A DNA stretch of 64,000 nucleotides from Pseudobdellovibrionaceae bacterium (GTDB lineage Bacteria; Bdellovibrionota; Bdellovibrionia; Bdellovibrionales; Bdellovibrionaceae). Location of the stretch: positions 1 through 64,000 of the forward strand of contig JBDHWW010000016.1 in assembly GCA_039810425.1 (NCBI GenBank), given 5' to 3'. Of the stretch, positions 27,480-37,003 are shown piece after piece. Position numbers and translations under genes: made by a program. The notes under the pieces are model-generated. The model saw nothing but the letters and a program-made list of their open reading frames with translations. It did no database searches and was not told the DNA's origin. Each line of letters begins with the position of its first letter. The first letter of the stretch is position 1.

Positions 27480-29441
27480 ATGTCACAAGTTACAATTGTT
27501 TTGCCTGATAATTCTACGAAGGTGTTTGATCACGAACCGTCGGCGCTGGAGGTGGCTCAGTCCATTGGTCCACGACTGGCGAAAGAAACTCTGGGTGTGA
27601 AAATTAATGGATCCAGCGACATCGAGGATTTGCGAATTCCATTGAAGGATCAAAGCAAGATTGCTTTGATCACGACCAAATCCCCTGAAGCGATCGAAGT
27701 GATCCGTCACACCACCGCGCATGTCCTGGCCGAAGCTGTTCAGCAGATTTGGCCTGAGGTGAAGGTGACGATCGGTCCGGTGATCGAGAATGGTTTCTAT
27801 TACGATTTCGACTCCCCATTCCACTTCACGGAAGATCATTTTACCCAGATCGAAAAGAAGATGGCGGAGATCGTGGCTAAAGATCTTCCCATCGTTCGTC
27901 AGAACTGGCCGATTGCAAAAGCGATTGAGACCTTCAAAGGCATGAAAGAGCGTTTTAAAGTTGAGCTCATTGAAGGTTTGGCTGAGAAGGGCGAAAAAGA
28001 AGTGGGCATCTACTTTAACGGTGACGGCTGGTTTGACCTCTGTCGTGGCCCGCATATTCAGTCGACCGGCCAGATTAAGGCGTTTAAGCTCATGTCCGTG
28101 GCGGGCGCCTACTGGCGCGGCGATGAAAAGAACCCGATGCTTCAGCGTATATACGCCACCGCCTTTGCGGATAAAAAAGAACTGGATCAATACCTTCACA
28201 ACCTCGAAGAGGCGAAGAAGCGCGATCACCGTAAGCTCGGCAAAGAGCTGGGGCTCTTCCACTTCCATGAGTGGGCTCCGGGTTCCCCGTTCTTCACCGG
28301 CAAAGGGGCTGTGGTTTACAACCAATTGCAGAAGTACATGCGTGAACTTTACTTTGAGTTTGGTTACCAAGAAGTGATCACTCCGCAGATTTTTGATTCA
28401 AATCTGTTCATCACTTCTGGTCACATGGCGAACTACAAAGACAATATCTTCTTCACGCGCGTCGATGAACGTGACTTCGCATCGAAGCCCATGAACTGTC
28501 CGTCCCACTGTTTGTTGTTCAAGGCCGAGCCTCATTCTTACAAGCAATTGCCGTTGAGAATGGCGGACTTTGGCCGCTTGCACCGTTTTGAAAAATCAGG
28601 CGCGATGCATGGTTTGACCCGGGTTCGTACATTCTGTCAGGACGATGCCCATATCTTCTGCATGATCGATCAAATGCAAGCGGAGATTGCGAGCTTCATG
28701 CAGTTGCTGAACAGGGTCTATACCCAACTCGGGATGAATAACTACAAGATCTTCTTGTCGACTCGTCCGGAAAACCGCATGGGTTCTGCGGAAGTGTGGG
28801 ACAAGGCTGAAGGCGCGTTGACGAAAGCTCTTGATAGCTTGAAGCTGCCGTTTACGATCAATCCGGGCGATGGCGCGTTTTACGGCCCGAAGCTTGATAT
28901 TATGTTCGTCGATGCCCTGAACCGTCCTTGGCAGTTGGGGACCTTTCAAGTGGACTTTAATTTACCAGAAGCGTTTGGTCTTGAGTACGTGGGCGAAGAC
29001 AATGCTCCCCACCGTCCGGTGATGTTGCACAGGGCGATCTTGGGTTCTCTTGAGCGCTTTATCGGCGTGTACCTTGAGCATACGGCAGGACACTTGCCAC
29101 CGTGGCTTGCGCCAACCCAAGTGGTGATTTTGAACATTACTGACCGGGTGAATGGTTTCTGCGAAGACTTGCAAAAGATGTTTAAAGACAATCAGGTCCG
29201 AGTTGAGTTTGACAACCGCAACGAGCAGTTGAAGTTTAAGATCCGCGAAGCCCAATTGCAGAAAGTTCCATACATGGTGATCGTCGGCGATAAAGAAGCC
29301 GAGGCGAAAACAGTGTCGCTTCGACTGCGTGACGGCTCTGAGCACAAGGGTCTCACTGTGGATGAATTAATGAAATTGATTAATAAAGATATTAACGAAA
29401 GAAAATTGCAGTCCTCTTTAATGAAGGAAGCTGCACACTAA
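27480..29441 (+). CDS. thrS: Threonine--tRNA ligase
   Basis: TGS domain, RHTTAH, DLCRGPH, KPMNCP, GAFYGPK, HRAILGS. Confidence 0.98.
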   Translation: MSQVTIVLPDNSTKVFDHEPSALEVAQSIGPRLAKETLGVKINGSSDIEDLRIPLKDQSKIALITTKSPEAIEVIRHTTAHVLAEAVQQIWPEVKVTIGPVIENGFYYDFDSPFHFTEDHFTQIEKKMAEIVAKDLPIVRQNWPIAKAIETFKGMKERFKVELIEGLAEKGEKEVGIYFNGDGWFDLCRGPHIQSTGQIKAFKLMSVAGAYWRGDEKNPMLQRIYATAFADKKELDQYLHNLEEAKKRDHRKLGKELGLFHFHEWAPGSPFFTGKGAVVYNQLQKYMRELYFEFGYQEVITPQIFDSNLFITSGHMANYKDNIFFTRVDERDFASKPMNCPSHCLLFKAEPHSYKQLPLRMADFGRLHRFEKSGAMHGLTRVRTFCQDDAHIFCMIDQMQAEIASFMQLLNRVYTQLGMNNYKIFLSTRPENRMGSAEVWDKAEGALTKALDSLKLPFTINPGDGAFYGPKLDIMFVDALNRPWQLGTFQVDFNLPEAFGLEYVGEDNAPHRPVMLHRAILGSLERFIGVYLEHTAGHLPPWLAPTQVVILNITDRVNGFCEDLQKMFKDNQVRVEFDNRNEQLKFKIREAQLQKVPYMVIVGDKEAEAKTVSLRLRDGSEHKGLTVDELMKLINKDINERKLQSSLMKEAAH

Positions 29442-29461
29442 CAAAACCCTGGAGGTTTCCC

Positions 29462-30139
29462 ATTAGCAAGTTCGAAGGTAGAAACGATTTTAGAGGCGGA
29501 GGCCAATTCCGCGGCAAGAAAGACTCTAAAGACTCGTTGAGAGTAAACCGTGAAATCCGCGCTCCTCAGATTCGTGTTATCGATGACGAGGGAAACATGC
29601 TTGGCGTGATGACGGTTCCTGAGGCATTGAGACTGGCTGAAGAACGCAATCTGGACTTACTTGAGATCGCACCGACGGCGACTCCCCCGACTTGCAAAAT
29701 CATGGATTACGGCAAGTGGAAGTACGAAAATAAGAAAAAAGCGGCGGCGGCTCGCAAAAAGCAAGTTATTGTCAGCATCAAAGAAATCCAAATGCGTCCG
29801 CGCACCGACCAACATGATTTCGAAACCAAGATGAACCACGCGCGCAGATTCCTATTGGATGGCGATAAAGTGAAAGTCAACCTGCGGTTCATGGGTCGTG
29901 AGATGGCCCATCAAGAACTCGGCATGGAACTCATGAAGAAATGTATTGAGTTTGTAAAAGATCTCGCGCTGGTTGAAGCCAATCCGAAAATGGAAGGCAA
30001 GCAGATGTTCCTGATGCTTGGCCCGGATCCTTTGAAAATTAAGGATTATTTGAAGGCGCATCCGAACAAGTCGAAGCAAGACACGAAAGAACTTGCGGAG
30101 CTTAAAGAGGAAGACGAAGATCAGGACGAAGAAGACTAG
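29462..30139 (+). CDS. infC: Translation initiation factor IF-3 (ATT start)
   Basis: In-frame ATT at 29462, 5 nt after GGAGGT; RVNREIRAP, KIMDYGKWKYE, F.GRE. Confidence 0.96.
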   Translation: MSKFEGRNDFRGGGQFRGKKDSKDSLRVNREIRAPQIRVIDDEGNMLGVMTVPEALRLAEERNLDLLEIAPTATPPTCKIMDYGKWKYENKKKAAAARKKQVIVSIKEIQMRPRTDQHDFETKMNHARRFLLDGDKVKVNLRFMGREMAHQELGMELMKKCIEFVKDLALVEANPKMEGKQMFLMLGPDPLKIKDYLKAHPNKSKQDTKELAELKEEDEDQDEED

Positions 30140-30211
30140 GGGCCGGAGGGTCACAGAGTGGAGGCCCCGAGGGCCGAAGCGGAAGTAAATAGTTGCCGGA
30201 CTTTTAAAGTC

Positions 30212-30246
30212 AAAAAACCGGGGCCACAAGCTCCGGTTTTTTATTT
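30212..30246 (+). terminator. Rho-independent terminator after infC
   Basis: ACCGGGGC-CACAA-GCTCCGGT stem flanked by A6 and a T-run. Confidence 0.75.
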
Positions 30247-30302
30247 TCGTGGGCCTGAAGACGTGCGGACCGGTAAAAGCCCGCGAATGAAAGGAAAAGA
30301 CA

Positions 30303-30632
30303 ATGACAACAAATATTGCATGGATCGTTCTTGTTATTGCCGGGGTGTTGGAATTTATCTGGGCTGCGGGTCTCAAGCAGTCTGCAGGTTTTACCAAGCT
30401 GGGGCCGTCAGTTTTCACGCTGGCGGTGATGGGGGTGAGCTTCTACCTGCTATCTCTTTCGATGCGCGTTTTGCCGATTGGCGTGTCTTACACCGTGTGG
30501 ACGGGGATTGGGGCTGTGGGCTCCGTGATGGTGGGTTATTTCTTTTTTAATGAAAGCTTAGGCCTCGTGAAAGCGGTCTGTTTGCTATTGATCATTGGGG
30601 GCATTCTGGGTCTTAAGTTCTCAGAGAGTTAA
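30303..30632 (+). CDS. sugE: SMR-family transporter, SugE/Gdx-type
   Basis: W..L.IAG..E..W...LK.S.GFT, YTVWTGIG. Confidence 0.85.
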   Translation: MTTNIAWIVLVIAGVLEFIWAAGLKQSAGFTKLGPSVFTLAVMGVSFYLLSLSMRVLPIGVSYTVWTGIGAVGSVMVGYFFFNESLGLVKAVCLLLIIGGILGLKFSES

Positions 30633-30743
30633 GGCGGCGAACATTTGTTTACGGGACCGAGGGCTAGAAACCTTGGCACCAAAGAGCCGCCACTTGGTTT
30701 CGCGATCATCCGCTTCTAAATTATTGAATTGGAGGGGCGGGCG

Positions 30744-31025
30744 ATGGTGTTAGGGATGACAGCCGAGCGCTGGATGGCGTGCGGTTTTTTGATTCTGGGT
30801 TTTAGTTTGTTTTATTTCGGATTTTTCCGCCCGGCTTGGTTTTCGCGGAAGGCTCAAAACCAAAAGCCTTCTTTCAAAGACGAATCCTACTTCTGGCAGG
30901 TCTTCCCCTACGGGTTGTTCTTCACGATCGCGGGATTGACTTTCATCACCCAACCGAGCGCCAGCAGCTTGATGGTTGCTTTCTTTTGCTCTGCGTGGGT
31001 TAAGATTCTCTACAAATTCGTCTAA
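30744..31025 (+). CDS. Small hypothetical membrane protein
   Basis: Three hydrophobic segments; GGAGG upstream; start uncertain. Confidence 0.5.
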   Translation: MVLGMTAERWMACGFLILGFSLFYFGFFRPAWFSRKAQNQKPSFKDESYFWQVFPYGLFFTIAGLTFITQPSASSLMVAFFCSAWVKILYKFV

Positions 31026-31255
31026 ATTAAGGCCCCGGCGCAGACCGGGCCGGACCCCGTGGTTCTCCGGCGGCTCCATTGGTTTTTGCGGCATTTACGC
31101 ATCGTATATAAAAACTTCAAGTCTTGATAAGTCCTTAAAAGAGCTTGATTTTCAACACGCCACAGCCTAAAACAATCACCTCATTGTCACTGATAAAGGC
31201 ACCAACAAGAGCTTAGACATCCGTTTAAGACGCCCGTATCGGAGGAAAGATAACT

Positions 31256-31450
31256 ATGAAAATGCGTACGCATTCAGGCGCTAAAAAGCGTATGAAAGTG
31301 GTTGCCGGCGGCACCAAGATCAAAAAGAAAAGCACACGTCTTCGCCACTTGAACTCCCATATGAGTTCAAAAACAAAAAGACAATTGGGTAAAACTTCTT
31401 ACGTAGAAAAAGCAAACTTGCTCCAAGCAAAGCGTTGCTTGGTATTCTAA
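31256..31450 (+). CDS. rpmI: 50S ribosomal protein L35
   Basis: KMRTHSGAKKRMK; upstream of rplT. Confidence 0.95.
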   Translation: MKMRTHSGAKKRMKVVAGGTKIKKKSTRLRHLNSHMSSKTKRQLGKTSYVEKANLLQAKRCLVF

Positions 31451-31487
31451 CGTTAACCTCTCACAAGATAGATAATCGGAGTAAAAT

Positions 31488-31835
31488 ATGGCTCGTGTAA
31501 AAAGCGGTAAAACAAATCGTGCTCGTCATAAAAAAGTTTTAAAAAGAACAAAAGGTTACTACTCAGCGGGTTCTCGTTGCTACATCCACGCGGTAGAGAA
31601 AAACGACCATGCATTGCAATATGCTTATCGTGACCGTAAAGTTAAAAAGCGCAATTTCCGCGCTTTGTGGAACCAACGTATCAATGCGGCGGCTCGTTTG
31701 AACGGCACTACTTACTCCCGCTTGATTGGCGGCTTGATCAAAGCTGGCATCCAAGTGGACCGTAAAGTGATGGCTGATTTGGCAATCACAGACGCAGCAG
31801 CATTCGCCGCTCTTTGCAAACACGCTTTGGCGTAG
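31488..31835 (+). CDS. rplT: 50S ribosomal protein L20
   Basis: MARVK, YAYRDRK.KKR.FR.LW..RINAAAR. Confidence 0.97.
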   Translation: MARVKSGKTNRARHKKVLKRTKGYYSAGSRCYIHAVEKNDHALQYAYRDRKVKKRNFRALWNQRINAAARLNGTTYSRLIGGLIKAGIQVDRKVMADLAITDAAAFAALCKHALA

Positions 31836-31865
31836 TTTGCAGCAAGCTTCAAGAGTGAGCTTGTA

Positions 31866-32909
31866 ATGTCAGAGTCTTCATCGCAATTCGAAAAGAGAAA
31901 ACAAGATCATATTCGAATCGCCCTGGACCCTCGCTCCCAAGCTGAGGGTCGGTCCGGACTGGACAGCGTACAACTCGTTCACGAAGCGCTCCCTAATCTC
32001 AATTTTAAAGAGGTCGATTCGTCGACCTCTTTTTTTTCTAAAAAGATCTCAGCTCCATTCTTTGTGAGTTCGATGACCGCAGGCCACGACAAGGGCCTCG
32101 AGATCAATTCGCGTCTGGCGAGACTTAGTGCTGAAAAACAAATCCTAATGGGCGTCGGCTCCCAACGCCGCGAACTTGCAGACCCTGAAGCCCGCCAAGA
32201 GTGGAAAGAGGTTCGCAAGCAAGCTCCGAAGGCCTTACTTCTCGGAAACTTAGGCATTGCTCAAGTGATCCGCACTCCGGTGGATCAGATTCGGGCCCTC
32301 GTTGAGTCGCTGGAGGCTGAGGCCTTATTCATTCATTTGAATCCCCTCCAAGAATGTTTGCAGCCGGAGGGCACGACGGAGTTCCGCGGGGGCGAGGCTG
32401 CGATCCAGGCCTTGGTGCAAACGCTCTCAATTCCGGTGATCGTGAAGGAGGTCGGTTGTGGCTTCTCGAGAGACACGCTGAAGCGTATTTACAACCTCGG
32501 CGTTTATGCCGTGGATGTGAGCGGTTTGGGGGGCACTCATTGGGGCCGTGTGGAGGGCTATCGCTCTGAAAAAACAGAGCTTTTATTCCAAGTCGCTCAG
32601 ACATTTGAAAACTGGGGTCTTTCCACAGTGGAAAGTTTGCTCAGCGCCAAAGAAATCGATGAAAAAATCCCAGTTTGGGCATCTGGAGGGGTGCGCGATG
32701 GCCTGCAAGCTGCTAAGCTTCTGGCTCTGGGGGCAGATATGGTCGGGATGGCCCAGCCATGGTTGAAAGCGGCTTTGGAAAGTCCGGAGTCCGTGGACGC
32801 CTTGTACGAAAAATTACTGCTTGAGCTTAGGATTGCGATGTTTTGTACGGGCGTCGCAACGATCGGCGAACTCAAGACGAAGAGGGTTTGGAAATGGCAC
32901 GCACTTTAA
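31866..32909 (+). CDS. fni: Type 2 isopentenyl-diphosphate delta-isomerase (FMN)
   Basis: RKQDH, MGVGSQR, HLNPLQE..QPEG, VKEVGCG, GGTHW, ASGGVR. Confidence 0.95.
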   Translation: MSESSSQFEKRKQDHIRIALDPRSQAEGRSGLDSVQLVHEALPNLNFKEVDSSTSFFSKKISAPFFVSSMTAGHDKGLEINSRLARLSAEKQILMGVGSQRRELADPEARQEWKEVRKQAPKALLLGNLGIAQVIRTPVDQIRALVESLEAEALFIHLNPLQECLQPEGTTEFRGGEAAIQALVQTLSIPVIVKEVGCGFSRDTLKRIYNLGVYAVDVSGLGGTHWGRVEGYRSEKTELLFQVAQTFENWGLSTVESLLSAKEIDEKIPVWASGGVRDGLQAAKLLALGADMVGMAQPWLKAALESPESVDALYEKLLLELRIAMFCTGVATIGELKTKRVWKWHAL

Positions 32910-34192
32910 GTGATATTTTTAAAGGCTTCTCAAAACTCACCCGCCGTGAACGGTTGGCGGCTCTTGAAGAAACTGGGACTCTTGAATCCCGTGATATCGA
33001 ATTCCTCGACAAGGGTGGTTTGAAGGATCACACCTTGGGCGAAAAGTTTATTGAAAATGTGATCGGCTACTTCCAAATTCCGTTGGGAGTGGCAACGAAC
33101 TTCCGTGTCGACGGCAAAGACTACGCGATCCCCATGGCGGTTGAAGAGACTTCGATTGTCGCAGCCGCCAGCAAAACGGCGAAATGGATCCGCGAGATTG
33201 GTGAAATCACAACAGAAGTTGTGGGCGGAGATATCATCGGTCAAATCCAGTGCGCGCAGGTGAAAGATTATGCCGCTTTCGAGAAAGCGCTTCTGTCCCA
33301 GAGAAATTACCTCATTGAAATTTCAAACCGCGAAGTGGCCTTCGGCCTGGTTCGCCGGGGTGGGGGCGTGACGGACCTGACCGTCCGCCGCGTTCCTCGC
33401 GGCGATGGCCAAGACATGGCGGTCGTGCATGTGATGATGAATCCCTGCGATGCCATGGGTGCCAACATCATCAATCAAGTTTGCGAATTCCTGAAAGAGC
33501 CCATCGAGCAATTCACCGGTGAAAAAGTAACGATGTGTATTCTTTCAAACCTCGTTGACACGAAAGTGACTCGCGCGGTGGTCGTGCTCAATGATATCGA
33601 GGCCGACCTGGCGCAGAAAATCGAGGAGGCCTCTTTATTTGCGCAGCAGGATCCTTACCGTGCAGCAACCAACAATAAAGGTGTGTTGAACGGGATTGAT
33701 CCGATTTTGATCGCCACCGGCAATGACTGGCGCGCGGTGGAAGCGGGTATTCATGCTTATGCCGCTCGCGACGGTCAGTATCGCTCCATCACGAAGTGGA
33801 AGCGCGATGGGATGAGGCTTGTGGGCATATTCCAAGCTCCGCTTGTGGTCGGGACCGTAGGGGGCGTCACAACGCTGCATCCGACCGCAGCACTCTGCAT
33901 GAAGATGCTGGGAGTGGAGTCCGCCAATGAACTTTCTCGTGTGATGGCGGCGGTGGGGCTTGTTCAGAACTTAGGTGCTTTGAAGGCTCTCACGACGGTG
34001 GGAATCATTGAAGGACACATGAAGTTACACATTAAGAACCTCACTTTGGGGGCCGGTGCTGAAGAGCGTGAGATTCCTATTGTGGTTAAAAAATTAGAAG
34101 AGATCCTTGCTATCCGTAAGAGAATTTCTTTGAGCAACGCGATCGAGGTCCTGCGCGAGCTCCGTGCTTCTGATAAGCAGATTTCTCAGTAG
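32894..34192 (+). CDS. mvaA: Class II HMG-CoA reductase
   Basis: ENVIG, PMAVEETSIVAA, DAMGAN, RAATNNKG, GTVGG, GHMKLH. Confidence 0.95.
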   Translation: MARTLSDIFKGFSKLTRRERLAALEETGTLESRDIEFLDKGGLKDHTLGEKFIENVIGYFQIPLGVATNFRVDGKDYAIPMAVEETSIVAAASKTAKWIREIGEITTEVVGGDIIGQIQCAQVKDYAAFEKALLSQRNYLIEISNREVAFGLVRRGGGVTDLTVRRVPRGDGQDMAVVHVMMNPCDAMGANIINQVCEFLKEPIEQFTGEKVTMCILSNLVDTKVTRAVVVLNDIEADLAQKIEEASLFAQQDPYRAATNNKGVLNGIDPILIATGNDWRAVEAGIHAYAARDGQYRSITKWKRDGMRLVGIFQAPLVVGTVGGVTTLHPTAALCMKMLGVESANELSRVMAAVGLVQNLGALKALTTVGIIEGHMKLHIKNLTLGAGAEEREIPIVVKKLEEILAIRKRISLSNAIEVLRELRASDKQISQ

Positions 34193-34201
34193 GAGCCTGC
34201 T

Positions 34202-35098
34202 TTGTCTTTGTCATCTTTGGTTTTCACGGTTCCGGGAAAAAGTTTTTTGGCAGGTGAGTACCTCGCAATGAAGGGGGGAGCAAGCCTGCTTTTCACGTCA
34301 AAGCCACGCTTTGAGCTGCACACAAAACCTGGAACAGGTCAGTTGGAAGGGATTCATCTGGAATCACCCGCGGGAAAACTGATCACGGACCATCAGGCTT
34401 TTTTCTCCAAATTCGACCTTAAGTTCGTGGATCCCTTTGCGGGCGGTGGCGGCTGGGGGGCTTCGACAGCGCAATTTCTTTCGGCCTTTGTGTTCAATGA
34501 ATGGCGTGAGTCCTGTGAACTTGAGACGTTAAAATCTCTCAGCATCTCGCGCTTGCTGGAGGCCTACTGGAAGTACGCATGGAGCGGTGAAGGGTCGCGT
34601 CCCAGCGGTGCGGATCTGGTGGCTCAATATAAGGGCGCGCTCACCTTCTTTGAGCGCAGCACGGGGCGTGTCGGCGTCTATGGCTGGACTTTTCCGGATA
34701 TCGATTTCGCTTTGATTCCAACCGGCAAGAAGCTACCGACCCATGAGCATTTAAAAACTCTCGCGGACTTTGATGCTTCGGGCATTGAGGCGGCGATGGT
34801 GAAGATTCGTAGCTCACTCACGAGCGGGAATGCGGCGGAGTTCGTCGCGGGGATTCAGGATAATGCCAAGGCCCTTGCGGCGCTGGGCTTTGTGGCGCCT
34901 TACACACAGGAGTTCTGCCAAGAGCTCTTGCGAAAACCGGGTGTCCTGGCGGTTAAAGGCTGCGGTGCTTTGGGGGCGGATGTGGTTCTTGCGGTCTTTG
35001 ATAGGAAACACGCCGAGCAGTTTAAGAACTATGCGACGTCAAAAGACCTCAGCCACGGTCTTGAGATTTTGCTGAAGGATTCATTATGCAACCTGTGA
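34202..35098 (+). CDS. GHMP kinase, probable phosphomevalonate kinase
   Basis: PGKSFLAGEY, GWGAS, PSGAD, KGCGALGAD; position in the mevalonate cluster. Confidence 0.75.
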   Translation: MSLSSLVFTVPGKSFLAGEYLAMKGGASLLFTSKPRFELHTKPGTGQLEGIHLESPAGKLITDHQAFFSKFDLKFVDPFAGGGGWGASTAQFLSAFVFNEWRESCELETLKSLSISRLLEAYWKYAWSGEGSRPSGADLVAQYKGALTFFERSTGRVGVYGWTFPDIDFALIPTGKKLPTHEHLKTLADFDASGIEAAMVKIRSSLTSGNAAEFVAGIQDNAKALAALGFVAPYTQEFCQELLRKPGVLAVKGCGALGADVVLAVFDRKHAEQFKNYATSKDLSHGLEILLKDSLCNL

Positions 35099-36048
35099 TC
35101 GCTTCGGCTCCTTCCAACATTGCGTTGATCAAGTATATGGGAAAGACCCAGACATCGGGGAACATTCCGACGAACGCCTCTTTGTCTTACACCCTGGATC
35201 ACCTGCGCACGTCAGTGCGACTCAGCCCGCAAATCGGCAGCCAAGATACGTGGTCAGCCCTTGAGGGGGATGAGTTTGAGCCGATGCGTTTGTCTGATAA
35301 AGGCCAAGCTCGCTTTCTTGCTCACTTGAAGTTTTTGAAAAAGCAGTGGGGTGTCGAGCAGAGCTTCTTGGTTGAATCGGCAAATAATTTTCCGTCAGAC
35401 TGCGGTCTTGCGAGTTCCGCTTCGAGTTTCGCGGCGCTGACTTTGGCGGCGGCAAAAATGTTTCAGCAAATCAATCCGCAGGGCTTTGGTGAAGACCTGC
35501 GCACGCTCTCGGGCTTTAGCCGGCAAGGTTCGGGCTCTTCTTGCAGATCTTTATACACGCCATGGGCTTTGTGGGCGGCTGAGTATGCCGAGCCCATCGA
35601 GTTTCCTTACAAGAAGCTCCTACATCAGGTGGTTATCGTTGAAGCTGGTAAAAAAGAAATTTCATCGAGCGAAGCTCATCGTTTAGTGGTGGGGAGTTCT
35701 CTTTTTCCGGGGCGTATTGAGCGTGTGGAAAAGCGCATGAAAGAACTGAATTTTGCTCTGCGCGCTCAGAACTGGAAAACAAGTTTTGATGTTGTTTGGG
35801 CTGAGTTCTGGGATATGCACGCATTGTTTGCAACCTGCGCTCCGCCCTTTATGTATATGACCGCGGGTTCGCAAAAAGTCCTCGAGGGCATTCTCGAGTT
35901 CTGGAAAGCGCAAGGGGATGGTCCGCTGGTTACGATGGATGCCGGCGCGAACGTGCATTTTTTGTGGCGCGAGGACCAAAAAGAAATGGCGCTCGCGCAA
36001 GAAAATCATTGGCAGCAACACTTTAGAGTGATCTCTTCACACCTATGA
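35086..36048 (+). CDS. mvaD: Diphosphomevalonate decarboxylase
   Basis: SNIALIKY, GLASSAS, R.GSGSSCRS, TMDAG.NVH. Confidence 0.92.
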   Translation: MQPVIASAPSNIALIKYMGKTQTSGNIPTNASLSYTLDHLRTSVRLSPQIGSQDTWSALEGDEFEPMRLSDKGQARFLAHLKFLKKQWGVEQSFLVESANNFPSDCGLASSASSFAALTLAAAKMFQQINPQGFGEDLRTLSGFSRQGSGSSCRSLYTPWALWAAEYAEPIEFPYKKLLHQVVIVEAGKKEISSSEAHRLVVGSSLFPGRIERVEKRMKELNFALRAQNWKTSFDVVWAEFWDMHALFATCAPPFMYMTAGSQKVLEGILEFWKAQGDGPLVTMDAGANVHFLWREDQKEMALAQENHWQQHFRVISSHL

Positions 36049-36938
36049 AAACATTTTCGACCCAGGTGCCTGGTAAGTGGATTCTAGCTGGTGAGCACGC
36101 GGTTTTGCGCGGGGTTCCGGCCTTGGTGTTCCCATTGCGTTCGCGCGTTTTGGATTTGAGCTATGTCTGTTCAAGCGATGCGAAGACTTTGAATTTGTAT
36201 TTGCACGGGGAGCATGGTGAAGAGCTGCAGCTTCTTGTGTGGGGTGTGCTTGAACGCGCCTGCGAAATTAAAAAGTTCCCGCGATCTTCGCTGGTGGGTG
36301 GGTTGACACTGAAAAGCTCGATCCCCGTGGGGGCCGGCATGGGGGCCTCGGCGGCCCTTTGTGTGGCCCTCACGAAATGGTTTCATTTTTTGAACATCGT
36401 TAAAGAAGAAGAAATGTTTGAGTTTGCGCGCACACTGGAAAATCTTTTCCACGGTGAAAGTAGCGGCGTGGATATCGCGGTTTCTTTAAGCGGCCAAGGC
36501 TTGCACTACCAACGCGGTGGTGAGCGCAGGGTGTTGGACCTGCAATGGATTCCGCATTGGTATATCTCATACTCTGGAAAACGGGGTGTGACGCTGGAGT
36601 GTGTGAATAAGGTGAAAGAGCTTATCGCGGGCCATCCAGAGTTGGGATCGGCGATGGATGGGCAGATGCGCACGGCGGTTGCCATGTGTGAAAAAGCTCT
36701 GACCGATCCCAATGAGACGAGGTCCCTAGAGCTTTTGAAAGCTGGCATTGAAAGTGCCGGCGAAGTGTTTGAGCGCTGGGGCTTGACTGAGGGGGCTCCG
36801 CAGACTCACATGGAAATGCTAAGAAAAGCAGGTGCCGTGGCCGTCAAACCAACGGGTTCTGGCGGCGGTGGTTATGTGTTGAGTCTCTGGACAACGCCTC
36901 CGCCTGAAGAGCTTCTGCCAAAGCTGATTCCTTGTTAA
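36045..36938 (+). CDS. mvk: Mevalonate kinase
   Basis: PGKWILAGEHAV, IPVGAGMGASAA, HGESSGVD, KPTGSGGGG. Confidence 0.92.
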   Translation: MKTFSTQVPGKWILAGEHAVLRGVPALVFPLRSRVLDLSYVCSSDAKTLNLYLHGEHGEELQLLVWGVLERACEIKKFPRSSLVGGLTLKSSIPVGAGMGASAALCVALTKWFHFLNIVKEEEMFEFARTLENLFHGESSGVDIAVSLSGQGLHYQRGGERRVLDLQWIPHWYISYSGKRGVTLECVNKVKELIAGHPELGSAMDGQMRTAVAMCEKALTDPNETRSLELLKAGIESAGEVFERWGLTEGAPQTHMEMLRKAGAVAVKPTGSGGGGYVLSLWTTPPPEELLPKLIPC

Positions 36939-37003
36939 CATCTGTTACCGTCAGAGCGGTTGAGAACCCAATGGCCGACCCGGGGGCTTTTTACTGGCCG
37001 GCC

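Noticed and set aside
30247..30302. Guanidine riboswitch expected before a SugE/Gdx gene
   Set aside because: A hairpin (TTCGTGGGC..GCCCGCGAA) exists, but there are no tandem ACGR loops or other guanidine-I/III/IV consensus; an Rfam scan is needed.
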